Shown here: one piece after another, positions 55,881-64,000 of the stretch
Position numbering within the stretch: the first letter of the stretch is position 1
Layout: each line of letters opens with the position of its first letter
Assembly: GCF_009914755.1 (NCBI RefSeq)
Contig: NC_060925.1
Direction: 5' to 3' (one strand)
DNA from: the human T2T-CHM13v2.0 reference genome, Homo sapiens
Length of the DNA: 64,000 bases
Translations under genes and position numbers: made by a program
The notes under the pieces: generated by a model
Told to the model about the DNA's origin: nothing
Database searches by the model: none
What the model saw: the letters and a program-made list of their open reading frames with translations, nothing else

Positions 55881-56837
55881 AAGTGTCTCCATGAGTCACA
55901 TGAGAAAAACAAACACCACTCATTCGCTCGTGTCGTGTTTATTGGAGACCGTGCAGCCCTGGGTCAGGACAGCTCCAGCTCAGGGAGCTCCGGCGGGCAG
56001 TGTGCCTGTGGGCATGGAGCTGTGAGGATTTACAATCCTTAGGGCTGCCTGGGGACATGTTCCCTCCCACGGATCATGGACGAGGACCCCTGGAGAACAG
56101 GGAGCAGCCCTAGCTGCCCTCTTTCAGTCCCTGGAGCTGACACCACAGGCACCCAGAAGGCCGGCTGCCCCGGATTTTGCTATCATCACTCTGTGGGAGA
56201 GGAGGTGGATTATATTCCTATTCTATTTAATAAAATAGTTAAAGCATGGGTCATCTCTTCAAACGGCTCTCTGTGACAGTCCCCACAATAGGAATCTGCT
56301 TCTCTGTAGGTAATCGAGGACACTAATGAAGAGGAGAAACAACAAGCTCGATTCCAGCCCCAGCCCCGAAACCACTCTGGGACAAAGATGGCAGTTCCAC
56401 CTGTTGGTAAAATCAACTGTTGCAGGAAAGTCACCTGCTGTGGCGGGGAAGCGGCTCACCAAGGCTTAGCTCACAGGTGGACACACTTCTTCATAAAGAC
56501 CCAGAGAGCAGATATTTTCAGCTTGGCAGGCCAAGAGACAAATTCAAGATTATTACCTACACATTCACATGACAAGAGAGAAAACAAATTCCCACACATT
56601 TTTATTGATGGATATCATCATAATTGAGTACTTTTTAAAAATATGAAATATGAGTAATATGAGTCTACTAATAATAAGGATGAAATTCCTGTTTCTAGAA
56701 TACTGTTTTGTTTCATTGGGATTAAAGTTAGTGTTCCCTTTCATCAAACCAATTGCAATTGTGCATCTAGAAAAGTCATTCTCAGCTCGCGGATGGTGCA
56801 GAAACAAGCAGCGGGCTGCATGTAGCCTCTGGGCTGT

Positions 56838-57465
56838 TGTGTGAGTTTCTTGTGGCTGCTGAAACGTATTAGCACAAATTTAATTGCTTACAACACAAAT
56901 GTATTATCTTTCAGTTCTGAGGGGTCAGAAGTCTACAGTGGGCCTCACTGGGCTGTACAACTGAGGCATCAGCAGGGCTGTGCCCCATCTGGAGGTTCTA
57001 AGAGAGTTCCCAGTTCCCATCTCCTAACTGGGGCTAATTATCATCCCTCTGTTGTTTGAGTGTTTCGAGGATGAATTGAGTTCATACATGCAGGGTTCTC
57101 AGAACAGTACCCAGCAGGTAACAGGCGGTGCACTGGCGAGAACCCTGTTGTCCTTTTTTGCAGCTCCTAGAGGCCACCTGACTCCTGTGGCTCAGGGACC
57201 CCCTGCGGCTCAGGGACCCCCCCCCCCCGCCCCCCATGAAACTCATACCACTTCTGCCTCTGCCTCTGCCTCTGCCTCTGTCATCATATCTCCTCTGGCT
57301 CACCTCTTTCCCCTGGAAAGACTTAGGAGATGAGATTGGGCCCACCCAGATAATCTGGGATAATCTCCCCATTTGCCAAGTCCCTCTGCCATAAAGTGAC
57401 ACACTCACAGGTTCTAGGGATTAGGACATGGACATCTTTGGGAAGGCCATATTCCACCCTCCACA
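56838..57465 (-). mobile_element. MLT1D-like solo LTR carrying a 141-bp foreign insert
   Basis: cagttctgaggggtcagaagtc...tgggcccacccagataatc...cacaggttctagggattaggacatggacatctttggga. Confidence 0.88.
57014..57154 (+). repeat. Inverted duplicate of 55624-55764
   Basis: Hand alignment gives 127/141 identical, ungapped. Confidence 0.95.
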
Positions 57466-57899
57466 ACTGTTTGCCTTCCCCTTTTTTGCTCACTGGTGCT
57501 CACCTAAATGCCATGTGGAAGGTAACATGGTAGTCACTTACAAATAAGAAACCTGAGACTATAAATTATTTGTCCAAGGTCTCAGAGCCGGTGAAATCAG
57601 ACCTGAGTTAAGCGTCAGTTCTCAATCCTCCACCAGCATGTCACTGTCTTAGTCATCATTTAAATTCTCCCTGGTAAGTTCTCGAAGGGCAGGGACCCCC
57701 CTCCCCCCCCCCCCACAGCTTGCAATACTGAACAGGACATTTCCATTACAAATTCTCAAAGCCAGTCAATCCAGTGATCATCTAATTAGCCCAAATGCTA
57801 GGGCTGTCTGACCCACATAGGGGACCACTTCCCAACTCCAGGCATCATGTGGCCAAGAGGCCTGCACAAACAATCTAAGCTCAGTAGCTGCTCTGCTAC

Positions 57900-58080
57900 T
57901 CTCTAACCATCTGTGTGATATTCTGTTCTTCTTTTCTGAATCTGTGAGCACTGTGCATTGTGTGTCTCCCAGCTAGAACATAAGACCCAGGCAGGCAAAG
58001 ACCTTGTCTGTCTTCTACTTTCAGTGTCTCCAGCTCCCAGCACAGTGGCTGGCACATAGCAGGTGCTCAGTGAATACGGG
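57900..58080 (+). mobile_element. L2a 3' end
   Basis: cccagcacagtggctggcacatagcaggtgctcagtgaata. Confidence 0.85.
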
Positions 58081-58119
58081 AAGAAGGAAAGGAAGAAAAA
58101 GAAAGAGAGAAATAAAGAG

Positions 58120-58190
<71 letters not shown>

Positions 58191-58479
58191 GAAAGAAAGA
58201 GAGAGAGAAAGAGAGAGAAAGAAAGAAAGAAGGAAAGAAAGAGAGAGAGAAAGAAAGAGAGAGAGAGAAAGAGAGAAGGAAGGAAGGAAGGGAGGGAAGG
58301 AAAAGGAAAGGAAAGGAAAGAAGAGAGGGAGGGAGTGAAGGAAGGAAGGAAAAGGAAAGGAAAGAAGAGAGGGAAGGAGGGAAGGAAGGAAGGAAGGGAA
58401 GAAAGAAAAAGAAAGAAAGAAAAAAAGAAAGAAAGAAAGAAAAAGAAAGAAAGAAAGAAAGAAAGAGAAGAAAGGAAGA
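58078..58479. repeat. (GAAA)n/(GGAA)n polypurine tract
   Basis: About 400 bp, almost entirely A/G. Confidence 0.97.
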
Positions 58480-58950
58480 TAAGAAATCTTCTCCTTCCCA
58501 ATTAATATTGACTACAGACCTAGAAACTACTCTCTGACTCTGATACAGTACAAATTCTCCTGGGAGAGGTAATGCTTTAAGAGGTCCTCAGTTTCACCTG
58601 AGTCTGGAAGTTTTTAACCTTCCCAGAGTACCTAAGAAGACATGGAAGGTGGGAGGGAGTCAAAGACCAGGAGGTAGATGATGGCCAAAGGGAACCTCAT
58701 GATAGTGCTGAGAACTCTTCATTGGTCAACTGTTTGCTCCCAAATCCTGGAAAGACCTCTGTCCTGCTGACCTCAGCAGCAGCCCGAGAAGACCCTGGAA
58801 GATGCATTCCTGAGGAAGGCGCAATGACTGCCAAGCCTCATGCCAGGTAAGAGGAAAGAAAGGGCAGAAACCATGCTGCACTCAGAAGAATTCAGAGGAA
58901 AAGCCATTTGAGGAAAATTAGCCGAACAACACAGTCCTTATGGTGGGTAA

Positions 58951-59311
<361 letters not shown>

Positions 59312-59716
59312 TGACTATTATTAATATCCCCACTGTGCATGTGAGGAAATGAAGAAACTTTTTAAAACTTGAGTAACACCAAAATATTCACAAGAATGTT
59401 AGCTCTTGGTTCACAAAGCAGTTCTCAGCTCCATGCGAGGGGTCTACACAGGGTGCTGGGGGTAGAAATGTGGGGACATCTCCCTGGTCAAGGAGCTCAT
59501 TGTCCACTTCATGGCCAGGTATTTATCATCCGTATGCTTTTTGTGAGGTGCTATTATTTGCTTAATATATTTAGGTAAAACTAATAGCTGAACTATTGCT
59601 TGCTCAATGTGTTTACTTCAGTTACTATTATTTTAAAAGGAATTTGGATATCATTACCATGTATGGGAAACTATTATCAGCATACATCAAAGATAAACAT
59701 AAAGATTAACACAATA

Positions 59717-60023
59717 GGCTAGGTGGGTGGCTCACACTTGTAATCCCAGCACTTTGGGAGGCTAAGGCGGGTGGATCACCTGACATCAGGAGTTTGGGAC
59801 CAGCCTGGCCAACATGGTGAAATGCCATCTCTACTCTAAATACAAAAATTAGCCAGGCGTGGTGGTGGGCATCTGTAATTCCAGCTACTCAGGAGGCTGA
59901 GGCAGGAGAATCGCTTGGACCCTGGAAGCAGAGGCTGCAGTAAGCTGAGATCGCACCGCTGTACTCTAGCCTGCAAGACAGAGCGAGACTCCGTCCCCCC
60001 AACCAAAAAAAAAAAAAGAAAAA
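59717..60023 (+). mobile_element. Alu (AluS)
   Basis: Full dimer; TSD aagattaacacaat/aaaattagcacaat. Confidence 0.95.
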
Positions 60024-61495
60024 TTAGCACAATGAAAACAAAAGATAAAACTTTTAAACATACTTGCCTGTGAAGCCCTAGAAGTAATCTCAGTATTTAT
60101 GACCACCTGTAGAAATCACAGGTCTATTTGAAGGCAAAATTACAACACGTAAATTTAGAAGTTGTAATAACAATACCACCAGCTATTAATTATATGCACC
60201 AGACAAGTTTTAGAAGGGTAAAATATAAAAACCAAAATCACTCCATACCTTTACTGAGAATGGATTGAAGTCTTCCCTTCTGTCCCCAAACTCTGGATTG
60301 GGAGTGATTTCTTACATTGGGCTTTATCTGGAAAGTGAGTTTTCGTCAATTGCTTCATTTCCAAACACAAGACAGGATGAGGAAGGACATCAGCTACGCA
60401 TGGAAAACATTTCTGAGCATAAAGCTAATTACTTACAACTTGTACTTAAGATGGAAAAAGTGCCCATTTTCTTGCTCAATGACCCATTTTATGTGCTCTT
60501 GTGGGTTGTGGGCCCCCCCACACCACCCTGCGAATGAGCAGACACACAAAGAAGGCTGGTCCAGCTCATGCACTCATGCCTCTGTCAGACTTTCAAAGCC
60601 CATAAAAGTCATGCCAAAATGGCCTGAAAGAAAAAACTCTGATCCTCATCCTGGAGGGGATGTAAATCCCAAACCCACCTCGATGGGTGCTGCCACTTGT
60701 TCTATTCTCCAAAAATGATCTGTAGATCTGAGAAGTTAAAATGGCCCGTTCATTTTATTTTCCACTCTCATTTTACTTTAGGTGATGTTAATGCCTCTCC
60801 TAATGATCCTGAGGACATTTGAAGATGGAGCTCTGGATTCAAACCTCAGCCAAGACAAAATGTGGTGGAAGGGCCATCAAGACACAGGGAAATCAAGAGT
60901 GTTATTAGATAAAATCCTATAATGCAGAAACTTGTGCTTAATGATCTAGAGTTATATGCCTGCAACATCCTGAAAAGGAGATTTTTTGCACACATTTCTT
61001 CTGGCACAGAGTCAAAATGTACCAGCTGAGAATATGAGGGGACTAAGATTCTGTAACAGCAAGAAGAACCCCAGATCATCCTTTGGAATCTATAAGGCTG
61101 GTGACATGATTTCAAATCCAACCCGTTGAAGTACATCTCCTTCCAAGCTCATATCATTCCTTGAATTCCCCAAATCTCCCAATAGTTGAAATTTCCCAGC
61201 CGCCATCACTCTGGAATGAATGTGAAATAATCACGCCGGATGCAGCGGTCTGATGCCAATTCCAAGCTGTCAGCTTAATCAGGAAAGTGCCGATGGATCT
61301 GTCCTCCCATTACATTATCCGCTCAAGCTCCCTTCAAGGCATCATCAATTTCTATAAAATACTGTACTCTGCATTGCCCACAGACAACTTTCTGCCGTTT
61401 GAATCAAGTGAGAGTTGAATTTCAGCAATGCTCTGATACAGACAATGTCTGCACATCTCCAGCTACTTCGGTGAAAAGCGAAGGCTTCACGGTGA

Positions 61496-61510
61496 GAGTC
61501 ACGTGACTCA
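61496..61510. promoter_or_regulatory. Palindromic E-box (GTCACGTGAC) overlapping an AP-1 site (TGACTCA)
   Basis: 14-bp perfect palindrome GAGTCACGTGACTC. Motif match only. Confidence 0.4.
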
Positions 61511-61699
61511 GGAATGAAGAAAAAATACCTGAACGAGGCAGGGAGATTTTCATGTGTGGATGAAGCTTCTGACGAGGCTTAACAATGAGGATCCAGAAAG
61601 GATCAAAATCACTCATTCATAAAGATATTTCTTTAGTTAATCTCTGCCACGCACTACATGTGAAGAGAAGAATATAAAATTTAGGCAGCAAGGATTACT

Positions 61700-61950
61700 A
61701 TTATTAGGCTAATAGTTGCTGTGACTGGGAGCTATGTTCCAGCTGCTCTACTCAGCACGCTGTATGGATCACTGAATTCTCAAAATAACCCCAGTTGTTC
61801 TGTTACTATCCTTATTTTATTGGTGAGGAAACTAAGGCACAGAGAAATTAAGTAACTTGCCCAAGGTCATAAACAGTGAGTGGCAGAATTGAAACGAGGA
61901 CCAGGCAGCCTGACCTTCAGAACCCACACTCTGCAGACCACACCCTAAGG
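61700..61950 (-). mobile_element. MIR SINE
   Basis: tgaggaaactaaggcacagagaaattaagtaacttgcccaaggtca. Confidence 0.9.
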
Positions 61951-62089
61951 AGTAAGGTGAGGACCCTGTCTTCAAGCCATTCACATCTTAAACTGGGGGA
62001 GGAGACAGATATGAAAACATTGATAAGAGCCACTATCATGAGACTCTCACTCTGGTGGATAAGAGACAAGATTTAGCTCCCTTTTGACA

Positions 62090-63830
62090 GAGCTCCCAAA
62101 TAGATGAAATATGTAACACACTGTATGTCAAGCAATGAAGGACACTGGTCCTGAAAAGATGAAAAAACAACAAGGTGAGCCCTACGATTGCCCCCAGCTC
62201 TTTGTATGGTGCAGAGCCCGGCAGACTCCCTGGTTAAGAAACAGAGCTGAGAGACCAGGGAATTCATAGTGCTGGAAATGGTAAGTACATAGGTCAATAT
62301 ATATTTTTTCTTCTTATTTAAATATTATAATAAAATTGATTGTTTAAGCAAAAAACAACAATGAATTGTGTGGTTTATAACATATGTAAAAGTAAAATGC
62401 ATGACCAACAGGAGCATAAAGGCCGGGAGGGGAGAAAGGGAAGTATGCCATTGTAAGGTGGTTGTGCTATATGAAGCTATGCGTGCAGTTTAGTACTACA
62501 CAAAGTGTTATAATATTACCTGTAGGCAGACTGTGGGAAGTTAAAGGTGTATACTATAAAGCCCAAACTAACCATGCAAATAACAAAATGAAAAGTTAAG
62601 GTGAATAATCCAGTCAAGTACATGAAAGGGAATCGTAAGAAATATTAGATTAATCTAGAAAAAGGCAGATAAGGTAGAAAAAAGAAACAGAAGAAATGGC
62701 ACAAATAGCAAAATGGGAGCTTAATACCTTATCATAGAAATAGCCACATGAAATATAAATGGTCTAAATGCATCTAATTAAAAGGTAGAGATGGATACAT
62801 ATTGAATAAAAAGCAAGTTCCATGCTTTTCATGCTGCTACAAGAGATACACTTTAACATAAAGACACAAACAGGTTAAGATATGGAATATATATATTATA
62901 TATGTATATATAAATACATTATATATGTATATATGTATTATATGTGTATATATAAATACATTATATATGTGTATATATACACATATGTATATGTAAATAT
63001 ATGTGTATATATACATCTATGTATACATAAATATATATTGCATGTGTATATACATACATTATATGTGTATATGTAAATATATAGATACATAATGCTAATG
63101 AAAATTAAGCTGAAGTGATTATATTAATATCACTCAAAGTTGATTTTAGAGTAAAGAATATTATCAAAGATAGAGGGTTATTTCATAATGATAAAGGGGC
63201 TAATTCATCCAGAGGACACAACAATTCTAAATGTGTAGGCACCTAATAACATAGCTTCAAAATACATGAAGCAAAAACTGACAGAATTGCAAGGAAAAAT
63301 ATACAAATCTATATTTATAATCAGAGATGTCATGCCCTGTCTGTCAATAATTGATAGATATAGTAGATAGAAAATAGAAAGAATATGGAAGATGTGAGCA
63401 GGACTGTCAAGCAACTTGACCTAGTTAACAGTTATATAGTACTCCACCCCAAAACAACAGAAACATATTTATTGCAAGTACACAAGGAACATGTGTAAAA
63501 ATAAAAAGAGCCTTAGTACAAGTCTTAATAACTTTAAAAAGAGTGAAGTTATACAATGTATGTTCTCTGACCAAACTAGAATTAAATTACTAAAAAAAAA
63601 AACTAATATATCACTGGAATCCCCCCCTGAAGTACTTGCAAACTAAACAATACATTTTTAAGTAGCACATTGATTAAGAAATAGATTTAAAAAGAATTAG
63701 AAAATATTTGGAAATGAGGAAACGTCAAAACTGTGAAATTATGTTAAAAGAGTAAGTAAGGGGGAATTTATAGCACTCACCTCCAATGTTAGAAAAGAAG
63801 GCTCAAAGCAATAGCCTTAGATTTCACCAG
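62090..63830 (+). mobile_element. Old L1 (L1MC/MD-like): 5' piece, inter-ORF region and ORF2 endonuclease region
   Basis: ataatgataaaggggctaattcatccagagga...acaattctaaatgtgtaggcacctaataacatagcttcaaaatacatgaagcaaaaactgacagaa. Confidence 0.88.
62882..63090. repeat. (TA)n-rich tract inside L1
   Basis: Degenerate TA/TG repeats with an internal duplication of 42-bp period. Confidence 0.92.
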
Positions 63831-64000
63831 TTTAAGAAATGATTGGATGGTGGTGTCTGCAACTGAGATCAAGGACATAGGAAAAGGAAGAGGTGTGCAG
63901 ATGAGACACACTGAAGGCATCAAGGTGGTTATAAGAATTTGATGATGTATTATTTTCAAAGTAGGGGGCAACCACAGGCAATTATACTAAATATGTAAAG
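63830..64000 (-). mobile_element. L2 fragment
   Basis: ttggatggtggtgtc...aactgagat...ggaagagg. Confidence 0.5.

Larger units (their letters stand above)
56472..57482 (+). mobile_element. MER58B-like hAT DNA transposon, with its 3' tip separated by MLT1
   Basis: taaagacccagagag..gatattttcagcttggcaggcca; ctcagctcgcgg...agaaacaagcagcgggct; tip tttgccttcccct after the LTR. Confidence 0.7.

Noticed and set aside
58004-58537. Lys/Arg/Glu-rich 177-aa ORF
   Set aside because: Translation of the (GAAA)n tract.
59410-60125. Possible hAT DNA transposon flanking the Alu (also 45460-45610)
   Set aside because: Terminal-like sequences are visible, but I could not assign a family or TSD confidently. Needs a Dfam search.

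Overview
Primate genomic DNA, most likely human or great ape (AluY, AluS and AluJ are all present). It is intergenic or deep-intronic. I find no credible protein-coding exon, RNA gene or CRISPR array. The supplied ORFs are explained by Alu, LTR, L1 or simple-repeat translations, or are short chance ORFs; the one recognisable protein remnant is a decayed L1 ORF1p fragment. About half the window is recognisable interspersed repeat: about 17 Alu pieces, about 22 solo LTRs (THE1, MST, MLT1, MLT2, MER74-like, MER34-like, LTR33-like), old L1M pieces at both ends, long L2 remnants, many MIRs and several DNA transposons, often nested. I found no new multi-gene system. The most unusual signals are local rearrangements: (1) a 141-bp, 90%-identical inverted duplicate (55624-55764 and 57014-57154) inserted into an MLT1 LTR that itself sits inside a MER58; (2) a composite Alu with an inverted internal fragment, bracketed by one 15-bp target-site duplication (TSD; 4245-4813); (3) a three-arm Alu chimera; (4) a 51-bp x4 minisatellite at a truncated L1 end; (5) a (GGAT)n array with about 186-bp higher-order structure, split by an LTR. 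Several repeat-free, motif-rich blocks are candidate enhancers. Repeat family names come from recalled consensus sequences, not from a search, so subfamilies and some boundaries are approximate. I could not identify the locus.
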